A DNA stretch of 64,000 nt from Bugula neritina (Eukaryota > Animalia > Bryozoa), in NCBI GenBank assembly GCA_964035545.1, contig OZ037766.1, forward strand, positions 9,538,722 through 9,602,721. The letters run 5' to 3'. Positions 12,201 through 25,300 of the stretch are shown piece by piece. Position 1 is the stretch's first letter. The number at the start of each line of letters is the position of its first letter. The notes under the pieces are model-generated. The model saw only the letters and a program-made list of their open reading frames with translations. It searched no databases and was not told the origin of the DNA. Made by a program: the position numbers and the translations under genes.

Positions 12201-15200
12201 AAAGTGTATGACATAGAATCATATATTGAAGTAAGCTTAAACACCCTCTTCTTGTGCAATGATTAGCACCAGTATAACATTGATCAAAAAGTATATAATG
12301 ATATTTTTTCTAAAATTTAAGCCTTTATTTGTTGTTTATTGCACTTTCTACTGTTTGCAGATAAACAAATTATTGTTAAAATTAAGACATGCTGGTATTG
12401 AACCTTCTTCTGTACAAAGCAAACCTGCCTATGAGGGAAGTTTTGTTAACCCAGATATATGTCAGGAAAAATATGCTTATAATAAACTAAATGGTGATTA
12501 CCCTTACTTTTACAAAGGTTAGTATTTACTTAAATCTTATGCATCCTTATAGCATTATTTGTAAATTTTATTCTCACCTATCTCCGCTTTGTCCTGTTTG
12601 GGTAGCGGGGTTATTTGTAAATCTTATAGTTGATGGTAAACAGTAGCCACTCTAAAGGCTGTTGATACTAGAGTACTAAGTCGCTTTCATTCAGGCAGTA
12701 TTATCACCTTAGTGTGTAATTGGTGCCATGGTTTGAAATTCTAGAAATTTGAGCTTATTTCTATAAGTTATAAAATTTTGTTTTTATAAAATGGTGATGT
12801 TTCAGACTATTTTGTGTGTTTGCAGGGTTCAATATTGTCAACTGTACAGAAGCGCCTCCCTTTTATACAGTACTAACAGTTGTATATAATTTTGTTCACT
12901 ATAATGAAAAGTATTATAAGAATATTCCACAAATACTGCATGAAGTCAACAAGGTGTACCCTAAACTCAATATAATAGCTGCGGTACCTTCTAAATTATC
13001 TCTCAACTCTAAAGATTTTAAAGATGTTCAGCTGGTTTCCCTGTCTACTGGGTGAGAAAGTATTTCTGTTTGTCTAGATTGAGTTGTTTTAAACCTTATC
13101 AAACTTACGATAATTTAAAATGCTCCTGAATTGCATCATCATATCTTCAACCTGAATCACTCCTTACACTCTGATGGTAATCTATTCGAACAATGAACAA
13201 ATCAGCTGCTTTTGCCATATTTTTTGTCATTATTTTTTTGTTATTTAAATAAACTGCTTTGAAAAATTATTGTATCTGTGTTTTACAATACACAGATACT
13301 CGGAGATGGCAGTGTGGAATAAAGTTATTAATCGTGTTCAAACCAAATACGTGTACATCGGAAGAAATGTTATTCATTTCACATGGTTTGATAGACTAGA
13401 GAGGTTAGTTCGTGAGATTAATAACCTCAATGCTGTTGTTGTGGCTGCCGCATTCCGCACACTCCGCAGTGGTCACGTGAGTTGAAACTATTATTCTGTT
13501 GTGTATCAAATTAAAACATTCTTATGATTAATTTAAATTCATTCATCATGTTGGTCTTTAAAACAAAATATTTAGGTACTTTCATTGAACTTCTCACTGG
13601 TATGTTTATTAACTGTATATAGTAATTATTGTGTTGTTTGAACTTCATTCCAAGGTCAACATGATGTTGAATCCTTAAATAGCTGCAACTGGCCTTGACC
13701 TAAATGTTTAGTATATCTTTGCATGGTATTTGACTCAATCTTTTCTAATAACTTACTATAATGCAGAAGCCATTATTATGTTCGAAATTTTTCCATGTCA
13801 GGGTGTATGATGTTACATTGGTTCTCCAGTCATAGTCCATTACTTCTTTTAGTTTGCAGCTGCTTCTGTTGCTCAGATACTTATACTATTCACTATTTTA
13901 ATGCAAATTTAGCAGTAAAACATAAAGAGGAAGTTGAGCGATCCATTTTAAAAGATGAAATTGTTTGCATTACAATAATTTAGTGTTTTATGTTATGTTT
14001 AAATATTGTAGTGGTCAATAAAGCGTACTAGTATACACATGTAGTTAAGCCAATCACCAGGAGGCATGTGATTACCACCCCCCCCCCCACCCAGGCGAAG
14101 CAGAATGCTTCCTGACAATTATATAGTGTTTAGTTTTAAGTAGTATGTGAAGGCAGAGAGTAGACTCGTATATGTGTTGTAGAATTTAAATGTATTTTGT
14201 TATCATTTGTACATATTGGACTAACTATAGACTTTATCTCTTACCACCTGTAGAGTGCTTAGAACTATAAGTCAAATAAGATACGGCTGCATTTAGAATC
14301 CACTCTAAGTACGAGGGTCAGTCAATAAGTAGTGGGAATTTTGTTATAACTTTTTATTAGAATAAGATAGAGCTTTACAACTTTTTTCCCTTCTCAACAT
14401 AATCCCCTTCTTTCTCTATGCACTTGTTCTACCTTCCTACAAGGTTCTCAATTCCTGCAAAATAGAATTCCGTCGGCTGGGTTCTGAACCAGTTGCGCGC
14501 AGCTTCAATGACGGCTGCATCAGTAGTGAAGTGCTTGCCTCTTATGTGGCTCTTTAATGGTCCAAAAAGATGGAAATCACTTGGTGCCAAATCTGGACTA
14601 TAAGGAGGGTGTACTAACACCTTCCAACCCAGTTCATCAATTTTTCTGAGTCTTCTCATGCACTCTCTGGCAGCCATAAGACGCTGCGCTTTGTGCACAT
14701 CAGTCAGCATCTTGGCTACCCAGCGTGCGCTGACTTTGTGGGCAATTCCATGTGAAATGCCCATGATCTCAGCAACATCATCAATAGTGAGTCTTCTATC
14801 AGGTTTAACCAGCTTTTCCACTTTAGCTACCGTGTCAGGAGCTGAAACATCCACTGGCCTACCACTTCTTGGCTCATCAGTAATGTCTTCTCGCCCATTC
14901 TTGAATTCATGAACCTACCTATAGCAGCTTGTTTGTGATATAGAGTTTTCCCCATATTGTTCTTTCATTCTACTGTGTATAAGACTTGCTCTGACACCCT
15001 CAGCTGTCAAAAATCTTATAACAGCTCTTTGCTCTATGAGTGCGCATTTTTTCAGCTTGGCGGCCATTTTGAATTTAAATAATATAAAAAGTTGAATCAC
15101 TTGAACGATCAAATTTTGGATATGTTATGGCAACTCCCATTTATAGAAGTCTTGGAAATATTAAATCGCTAGGTAAAATAGAACAACAGCTATGACAAAA

Positions 15201-18200
15201 TTCCCACTACTTATTGACTGACCCTCGTATTATAGTTTGGGAAAATTATAACAATATGATAGTTTGCATACATTTTCTCAAATGATTGAATTACCAAATT
15301 TATCAAATTGCTGTAATTTTGAAGCGTGTCATTTTTTTCACTTGTAAATATTTATAAAGACTGCTATTTTTAAGCGAATTGTTTTAAGTCAAGGATGAAG
15401 CTTGTTGGAATTAAGCAAAGGGTATGATCTGATCTGTTTCGGCTTTGAGCCCCTTACTTTTACACATCAAGCTCAATAATTTAAGGAGAATAGTAACAAA
15501 AAGAGTAGAACCTGTCTGTCTTGGTCATTAGCCTGTTACATAATTGATTGCATAAACAACATCGCAGTTTTAATACAAATCTGATGACTCTTGATGTAAT
15601 ATATTTGGTGTGTTGTAAACCTGTCGCCTACCTTTCCTGTGGTTTTCTTTCTATGATAATAGGCTAGCCTAAACTTGTTTTGTTTTTTATTTCTTGAAAT
15701 ATTTTAGTGGAGTAATGGCTGTGAACAGTCTGTATTTCGAAACTATACTCTGGCGTACCAATACGGCTACTCTGTCTCAGCTCAAGAGTGTTTGCTCTGC
15801 CATCATGTACACGGGCCATTTGTCACCAAGACGCAGCTATTTAAACATGTAAGTTTTCTGTAGATCTGTTATTATAAGTGCGTTGTCTGTGTCTAACAAG
15901 ATTTGTGAGTACGGTTGGTCAATACATATTAATTACAGGTTACCCAATACTACTGTCACTTTGAAATGGGTATGTAGTAATATGAAAAAATGGTAGATTA
16001 TAATAATTTGATAACCAACTCTACATCAAGTAAACATATGTTTTTAGAAACTTATTTATATTCAAGTGAAGTACTTTATGTAGTAAAATATTAGCTGATG
16101 TTAAGTGTTACAGATATTTTAGAGGAAGTTTGCAGCTATAAATATAGTGTTGGGATTTTACATAAGCTGGGAAAGCTTTTCTCTAATTCATTATAGCGTT
16201 CATTTATCATCACAGCTATGCCAGCTATATTATGCTTTTTCCACACTCATTATGGCTACTACACAATAGCAAATCTTTTTTAACTGATATAAAACCCCAG
16301 CATTTTCACTTATCTTTACACTTGTAACTTGCAACTACACTTATAACTTATATCTTATAATGTAATCTTTTTGACATTGCCATATTCTTTCAGTCTGCGA
16401 CAATAAATATTCCTATATACTAAAACAACATATGGGCCTGTATATTCCTAAAAGGCTAGAAACGTATCCATCTACAAAGTTTTACTTTTAACTTAATTTG
16501 TAAAATAGAAAGATGTGTTTTTTACAAAATTTTCACAACCTGGCTGTTTACCTCTTCAACCAATACTTGTATATAAACATTAAATTTATATTTATAATAA
16601 CAAGCATGTGTATTAGCACAATATTTCTATTTTAGATATCCTTGGATTCTTCCATCTCCGCCACAAGTGCATTTGCCGCATTTTTCTTGGATATCAAGAA
16701 GTATGGCAAGATGATTGTGAGTTGTCCCGATGCTATGGCCTTTGTAACAGATGAAAGTCAGCAAGCAACCTCTAGAGCAGATTGGAAAGACTTGGCTTAC
16801 CGAAATCAAGTATGCAAATTTTATTTTTATTGGTTGGTTTTTTTGGCAAGAATTGCAAAACTATTATACAAACACAATTTTTTTTATTCTATAAGTAAGA
16901 CTGTAATTATTTTACTGTTTTCAAAAGATAGGTTTTAAGATTAAGCAGTATTTTTATAAATATAAAGGTTTACGGCATTCAAAGTTGATGGTTATAAAAC
17001 TATCACTTAAAGTAGGTTAAAGTGGTTCATTATGAGATAATCACACTAGCAATATCAGTGGCAGTCTTTTCTATTACCAATTAGGTAGTTTGCAAAATTA
17101 CAATAAATTGGTATTTCTATATGTTTTCAGTTGAATTTTATTCATAGTATTCAACATCTGAAGACTAGTCACACCATCTCTGCTATAATTTAATATTTAC
17201 TGGGGATAGATGCAAAATCATACAGAATAGTTTAACGGTCAAATTTAAGCTAGCAAAAAATAAATTTTTGATCATAGCAAAAGGTTATCCATTATTTTAA
17301 TTAAAAAAAAGTTACAATTGGTTATCATTACTCATGAAATCAGAGTAATGTTTATTGTGTGTGGGCAGTTGCAAGTTGGGAAAGTGTTTTCCAGTCAACT
17401 GCTGTCTCATCTCATCTTAATAACTTTTAGATTGAGAAGATTATGCTAAATTCTGGTGAGCTATTTGAGTTTAACTGTGATGAAGCTAAATCACATTGTC
17501 ATAAAGTTGCCGGTCTCGCTCTTTCCCACTGCTGTCTGAAAGAGTTAGCTGACTTTGTAAAGCTGGTGTTACTAAAGTGCGAGGTGGGTCTGCATTGTTA
17601 GCTGAATTTTATGTTTGCATAACATAAATATTTATACATACATGTATTTATATAGCCTACATGTATACATATATTTATATGTACTTATATTTATACATAC
17701 ATGTATGTATAGGTATATATATTATTTATACATACATATATGTACATTTATTTATACATGCATACATATACACAGAATAGACTATACTATTATATTAAAT
17801 AATTCAGAGTTTCACCTGCATCTGATCCAATCAGAGAGCAGGTTAGTTAGATCGATTTTAGTGCGATAATACTCATAGTTTTCTCACTCCCAATAATCAA
17901 GTTTCATCAGCTGAATACAACACAGTAGTCTGCCTGTTCAATGCAGCCAAATATATGCTTCCCTTGTAAAACTATAATATACAGCGCTTGTCTACAAATT
18001 AGACGATTTTAAAGAGTAGGTATTAGCCATGGTTTGAATGAGTTGATTGCATAATGTTATCTGCCATCTATTTTATCTTCACATCAGTAAAGTATTCTAA
18101 ATATAGATTATTGATTTTGTGAGAGAAACCCGAAGCATGACTAACTATTGTTGACTAATGGGATAAGTTTTCACAAAAAATATGAAGAAACTCTTTCAGC

Positions 18201-19396
18201 CCTCATTGCATATGTTCTTAGAGTGAATACGCTCTCTTCATTATATAATTACTATTTTGTGTTTATTTTAAGGACTTGTTAGATGTACATACATTATATG
18301 CAAAGCTTGGTTACACTATCTAGCCTGGTATTCCTTAGGAAGGAGGTATGCTTTGTGAGATACAAGAGGGAACGTTGATCGGGACCCTCAAATTTAATGG
18401 CATTCTTCCCTGGGAATTGGATGCGGATTTGGCTCTTCACCAGAACAACTACACGGCATTTGCCGAGAAGCTTAAACCTTATTTCACTGGAATGGGCTAC
18501 AAATGGGTGAGCATTGCTTTAGCAAATTATGTATAATTTCAGTTTTGTTGTTGATGTGCTTAAAAATATTTGCAGGTTTCAGAACTTACATACAAGCTTT
18601 ATTGAAACTCGAAAAGTTTGTTTCTTTCACTCAATATGGAATCTCGTTGTTGAGTATTGCTGCTTTAAACTCGAGCGTTAATCTATGTCTGTTTGATTGG
18701 TTTGCCAGAGTAGCGAGGAGCCTCGCATGCACCAAATATTCTCTAAGAACTGGAAAGTTGAACTTTTCACTCAAAAAAGGATGGACACACAGCTTCTGAA
18801 GAATCAAGGAATATCCGGAACCAGAATAAATTTAGATGGAGAGTTTGTGCCCACAAGTGAGAGCCCGGGGTTGATGGGGAGAAACAGGTATACAGTAAAT
18901 TTATGTGCATATACAAGTAGTAGGCAACTGTACATATTAATTGTTACTGTATGTACTAAATGTTTGCACACATAAATACATTTATTTTAGTTTTCATTTT
19001 ATAATTGATATGCTTGTATTATGTGCGTATTTTACTTATTTTTGTTTTATACTACTTGTCACTAATATAACCTGTTCATATAAATGTTTATAATTCAGGA
19101 TTTAGACATGAAACATTTCTAATACAATCTTAACCTGGCTAATGGTTGAAGGATTCCTAGTAGGATATTCAAATTGCACTTTTTATTTTGTTATTTAATT
19201 CTTGATTGTTATTTTATGTAGATATGGTGCTGAAATATACCAGCATGCCTTGCACTGGTCTCAAACAGGCAAACCTTCTAGTTGGGATTTCTATGGAGCT
19301 AAAAAGTTTCCTCCGTGCAAGACACCTGGCCACTCGGGGTGTTTAGATCAATACATTCCTGATGGAAATATCATGTTTAAAGTTCCAAGACCTTAA
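9206..19396 (+). CDS. FKRP-like LicD-family nucleotidyltransferase-fold (phosphoryl-transfer) protein, paralog B, ~615 aa
   Basis: 12 phase-consistent exons: 9206-9243, 11713-11811 (TM: RKWVQILAFLLCFIAVVGACWFF), 12074-12230, 12361-12517, 12826-13051, 13296-13476, 15708-15848, 16636-16809, 17431-17583 (FNCDEAKSHC...HCCLKEL, FKRP-type Zn finger), 18339-18506 (EGTLIGTLKFNGILPWELDAD, LicD motif), 18709-18887, 19222-19396 (TAA); total 1848 nt. Confidence 0.9.
14312..15227 (-). mobile_element. Mariner (Tc1/mariner) transposon, internally deleted, in an intron of FKRP-like paralog B
   Basis: 33-bp perfect TIRs (CGAGGGTCAGTCAATAAGTAGTGGGAATTTTGT), TA duplication at 14310-14311 and 15228-15229, transposase remnant inside. 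Confidence 0.95.
14429..15067 (-). pseudogene. Mariner transposase pseudogene
   Basis: QRAVIRF HTH start, DEPRSGRP, KVSARWV and HPPYSPDLAPSDFHLF motifs; in-frame TAG at 14915-14917; the region with the first two catalytic Asp residues is missing. Confidence 0.9.
17630..17772. repeat. (TA/TACA/TATG) low-complexity microsatellite
   Basis: Directly visible. Confidence 0.8.
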
Positions 19397-20960
19397 CATG
19401 TTCTACTTAAAGTTTAATTAACTTTTTTCTTCTAAGGCTCCGCTCATTAACTTTTTGTCAGTTTATACTTTTTGCTATTTTGCTTATTACAAGAATATGT
19501 AATGTTTTTAAATAATTTTTTCAAACTTTATTTAAAATTGTGTTTTTTATTAATGCTTTGAGTTTTTCAATAATGCTACATCATTTTTGTTGATTTGTAA
19601 TTGCCTTAGCAGTATGATTATTTGAATTGTGTATACACTGTTGATAATCAAATTTTGCTAGCTTTTATCTAGTCTTTAAATTTAACATATGAAACTATTG
19701 TATAGGTTGTGAGTGAATAAAATAGTTTTAATGCAGCTGTTGGTGAACCACCAAATCTCTACATTCATATATCTCACCATCATACTGATTGTGTATTATA
19801 TTGGGGGACACAATTCTGTAAGCTACTGAAAGCTTTACTTTTAATATGGATTTTTGTAATGCTTGAGCATAACTTCTTGTTGAAATGTTAAATTGTGAAG
19901 GTTACTTAATAGTACTCAACATCATGTACTACACATTAAAGGTAAAGTACAAATTTATCCCTATATAAACTATGCAATTGTAATTTATGCATGTATATCA
20001 TATTACCTGATATATAAAATTTAGTGTTTCAGAGGTTTTCTATGTTCAATGTATATTTTGTAATAAATTGTGTTTATATGAGGGGGCAAATCCTAAAATA
20101 GCTAGTGTTTGCATATATTGATTTTTATGGTATATTATTTTGCATACAATAATCAGGTAAATTAAATCTAAAGGGCATGTAAGATTCTATAGAAATAGAG
20201 ATAATAAGCATTAAATCCTTGTGGTGAAAGTATAGAGTGACGGAATTCAAGCATTAATTTTAATAAACTTAGGAAGTGATAGCGTTTCGGCTGTGTACAA
20301 TATTCTTATCTATGTGAGTCTGCATTTTCCAGGATAAACCTCCTCAAATCTAAGCAAGGGTCTGTCCTTACACAAGACCACTTTCATGTAAAATAATAAT
20401 GTAGATAAAAAAGCGAAAAACTTCTACCCCACCTAGCAGCTTGATTTATGCAATTAAGCCAGCTTGTAAAAAAGTTTGGGATATTATGTTGGATGCAGAT
20501 ATAGTTTGGGGTCAATGAATGCTGTAATTAGGGAGGATCTCGTGCGAAGGGTTTAGGACATTGAACTATAACATTAAACTATAGTTTCAGTTCAGTGGTT
20601 TAGAATTTAAACTTAGTGCTGCATTTAGCGGTTCATAAACAGTTTGGCTACAGGTCATGAACTGCGATTATATCCCGTCCTATTGTCATAGGTATTATTC
20701 TCCGCCTCTTTTTAAACAGCTGGCCTTGACATTTTTTTTCATATGCAAAGCAATGAAATTTGTCGCTTCATTACAAAATGAAAATAATCAAGATTTATAG
20801 TTCAGATATCAAGGGCATTTGTTACTAAACATCATCGCTGTATAAATTAAAATTGTTGCAACTAACAAAATTGTCAAGTCAAATTGAAGTTCAAATTTAA
20901 AATAAAAATACGTATTGTAATTGTTATGATGAAAGTTTAGTTATACTACTAGTACTACTA

Positions 20961-21551
20961 CTACTCCAGTTACCTCCAGTTACCTCCAGATTACGATCAT
21001 GCTAGACCACTAGGTAGCAGAAGCGGCATGCCTCATATGTTTATGGTTGGTCAGAAAGTAAAATGCATACAATAGTCCATAAATTGGTTGCAGTGTGTGT
21101 TGCAATATTGTTCATTAGTACAGGTAAGTTAACCTGTCAATGTTTAGATTATTCTGTGTGTAAATTAGTCTTGCAAGGATTGTTCCCTTTAAGGTCACGG
21201 ATTGTTCGTGGCAAGAAGCTGTTATAATAGCAATTATTATTGGTGCTGACTGATCTTGGCTGTCCTAGTGTTTGGGCCCTAGTTTGGATAAAACTTTCCG
21301 GGGTATTTATTAGTTCGTCATACGCTGCAGAGAGTGCTGGGTGATATTCTTCCTTTTGGAGTATCCTCATAAGGAGTCTTAGCCGTTGAGCTCTTCTTCT
21401 TTCATCGAGGGGGGCCAGCTCCAGTCTTTCTTTTGCTTCTCGCACTCCTCTTCTACCCTTGATGTTAGCTATGGCTCTTACTGCCCGTGTTTGTACCTCT
21501 TCGATGGAATTTATTTCTTTTGTAGTATAGGGGTCCCAAACAGCAGAAGCA
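20961..21551 (-). mobile_element. 5'-truncated non-LTR retrotransposon (LINE) 3' end
   Basis: ORF2 C-terminus (LELAPLDERRRAQRL...NSFLPRTIRDL), 3' UTR and tandem tail (CTGGAGGTAA)n; candidate TSD TAGTACTACTA at 20950-20960 and 21552-21562. Confidence 0.8.
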
Positions 21552-22358
21552 TAGTACTACTAGTAGTACTAGTACTAGTACTAGCGTAAAACTAAATAGT
21601 AAATAAATATAACTAATATTGTAATATATTTTCACATTGATATTGAATTTCACTCATATAGTGATATTGCAAATAACTGAATTGGAATATCAATATGAAT
21701 ATGAAATTCAAATTGAATATCATTATGAGTAAAAATAAAATAGTAATACAAATAGGCCCAGTTAATCATTACAGCATCCATGCTGTTACAGTTTTGTCAT
21801 TTCTAGACTAGTGCTACGCCTAAAGGTCTGAAATATGAATATACTATTAGTATTACTATTAGTAATACTAATTATATACACATAAATGATTGACGTGCTC
21901 TTAACATTTTTTCTCAAATTTCGAACTCAATGGCTCTGAAGGTCAATCCAACTGCGGCTATAAGTATAAGCAGTACTGTCTTGCTTTTGGCAAAGCCGAA
22001 AGTGCAACAACTTGAAACAGTTTTTCTTCTATTTTTCGCTATAACTTTTCAAATGCTATCTTGAGTTTACGTGTGACCGTTTATGTATAGGACTTAAAGT
22101 AATCATCTTCAACAGTTGTGGTGACTAATTCTTAGGAAATTTTCTAGGAATGCAATTTGAATGCAGAATCGTGCAATCATAGAGTTGCTAATGCTAACAA
22201 GTCATGATATTTTTAGAGCCGCATAGGTGAAAGTATTTCATTCTTATTATGATTATCTTAGACCTGCTAATTGAAATAAGACAAAAGTTCAAATCTGTTA
22301 TATATTTAAGAAGTTTGTTGTATTTTTAGAAGTGACAGCTATAACAGATTCGGTGATA

Positions 22359-25300
22359 ATGACTGAACCAGAAAAAACAGAGTTTCACTGCATCAATTTT
22401 TCAAAAATTGGTAGAGTTGAGCAATTCTTTATAACCACTCTTCTTGTGTTTATATTCTTTGTCATCAATGGTTTCTTTCTGGTAAGTTTTATATTAAGAC
22501 TTTACAATTCATATACCTAAAAGTATTTAAATTTAGTATTTATATTAACAAATGCATTATATGGCTGGTATTTTTATACCTTTGAATTGAACCCAGTTAT
22601 AACAAGTGGAAAGAATAGCAACCCTTTTGTTGAATTTGTGACTAAATTGATTAAAAGTTCATTAAATATTAATTGCAAAGAATTACTTTGTAGTATTTAT
22701 AGTTATTGCCGGTTAGTATTATAACAGAACTTTTACATAATTTTAGGTATATAATGCTCACTCTAAGCATTCAAAACTAGGCAATACTTTTCATTGCTTT
22801 GGCAAAGTAGCTTACCACTTATTTTAATCTTGTGGTGTAATTTTGTTAACTTTTTCACAAAACAAATTGAAATTTTGCAAAATAATTATTGTTCTGTTTA
22901 AACACATATAGTGAATTAATTAATTTAAACTGAATACTACAAATAAAACTTGGGTGGGTTTGTAGCTGCCATACCTGTGATAATCCTTGATAAAAAGGGT
23001 TTTTTTTAAGCCGGCTAAGGATTTGTTTTCTATTGTGGCAAAGAAGGAATTATGATTCAATGCCTTTCCTAGCATCACAAATGGTCCTTACTGGGAACCA
23101 CTGACCTTGTGTTTTCTATGCTACTAGATTACAGCTGCTTCATACTATACTTGCAACTACCTATTTGATAGCTATTCGATGTACTGTAGACTGTAGTTGA
23201 ACAATGAAAACAGTGAACTTGTGATTTTGTGTACAATTTTTAAAGACATTAAGAATCAATACTATGAAAGCATGTATTTACTTTAGACAATTAAAAAGAG
23301 GGAAGGCAGGATTCCTATTTGTTGCAGACTCCATCATACTTGCACATATATTAATATTTTAGGAGTTATATGATTATGTTGTAGGAGTTGATCTATAGAC
23401 TAGATGGGATGAGAGATCATAGTTGGTATTTGACTATGATGCAATTTCTATGCTATGCTTTATTTAGTTTATTGAATCAAGTTTTCTTTGCCGGCAATGT
23501 AGCTAGAAGGTAGGTCAGTGTATTAAAAATAAAGTCAGTTATTCTACTACATTTTTCCAGTTGGTTTTTTTCTAGAAGTGCTGACGAAAGTATTTTTCTC
23601 ATTTCATTATGTGAAACATATCACTATGCTTGCACAAATTAATCCTACCATCTTAACTTTTAAATGTAATTTTAAAATGTACATTAAATGTTTGTCCAAG
23701 AACCGTAATTCATACGTGATTTTTAATCTAATGAGTTAATATTACAATACTACATTTTACTCTAATAAATAATATGCTAAAAGACTAATGTATTTTGTAG
23801 TGACAGCTTAAATACGACACTAAAGAAAATATATTTAAAAATTATTTTAAAGCATACTTAGCAGAGAAGTTTCTATGAATTGCTGGTTATAGTAGCTTTT
23901 CAAAAAGCTTCACCTGGCTACATAGATTTTTCACAGCGGCCTTTTAATCACAATATTTTCCAGTATGAAAAAATATTTATTTGACTATGTAGTAATATTA
24001 ATTAAACAATTTATTTCATCAGGAAAAACTTCCAATTTGCTGATAAGCAATGTGTTTGATTTTAGCTGTTCAGTGTATCTTGCAAAAATATTTTGAAGAA
24101 TTTGTTATTTTGTTTGTTTAGAGGTGAGATGAGAGTTTACCTGTTGTTGGCTGTGTTGACTGTTGCTACAATGGGGCTGTCAAACATGGCTGTTGGGTAT
24201 CTCAATTACCCTACTCAAGTTATATTTAAATGCTGCAAGCTTATACCGGTGTTGGTTGGTGGCATCTTAATTCAAGGTAAACATTTATCAAACTAATATT
24301 CTTGTTATGAAATTATTTTTACCAATAGGTAATACGTATTCAATTGTCAGACTGTTTTCTCTCTTGCTTAACTGATTTCAAATGTACTATAATTAGTTCA
24401 TTATTTAACAAATTTATCTTAAATTTAGTAAAGCTTTAGTAAATTTGCTCATTTCACTTTGTCATTTAATGGATGATATTCAATGAATATGATGCATTTG
24501 TAACAGTCTAGAAGGTTAAAGGAAAAAAAATCATTGTAGCTTCAACTGTAAACTCATGTGCCCGAGTTTGCTTATATAACCCTTATTTATATTTGCTAAT
24601 TTATTTGAAATAGAAATTTCTTTACTCAAGTAGTTAGGTTAGTATATACTGGTTAGTAACGATATGAATATATTGTATACCAGAAGTCCAGAACATTAAT
24701 ATTTTATGCTAGAAAATAAATATCTTTTTTAACTTTATTTGTTGTCACCTTTCAATGATAATATTTCACCACTTTTTTACCAGGAAAGAAATATGGATGG
24801 GTGGATTTCCTAGCGTGTGCCTGTATGAGTATTGGGTTAATTATGTTTACATTAGCAGATAGTAAAGTGCAACCAAACTTCAATTTATATGGTAAGTACT
24901 TATATTATACAGTAATGTGGAGTTTTTTATGAAAAAGCTATTGAAATTTTTTGCGCCACAGTTTTTAGTAATGAATTAGCAGTTTTTGATTTTAACACTT
25001 GGGTAGTATTAATATCTGCAGAATTTCTTGCATGGCTACAACTCAAATACAACTGATTTTATGGTAAATTCGCTTGCTGGATGTCTTAAATTAATTCATC
25101 CACTTGGACATGCTAATGTGATGTCAAAATCCAGCAGAGGCGAAAAATATTATAGCCAGCTAGAACTATAGAGCTTTTTTTTGTGTCACTTAACGACACT
25201 CATTCCTATTCTTTTAATTGGATCTGAGGTGATACTACAATATCTAATTTTCTAATGAACCGTCATGCTTATAATAAGAGTTATAATCGTTATTATTTAT

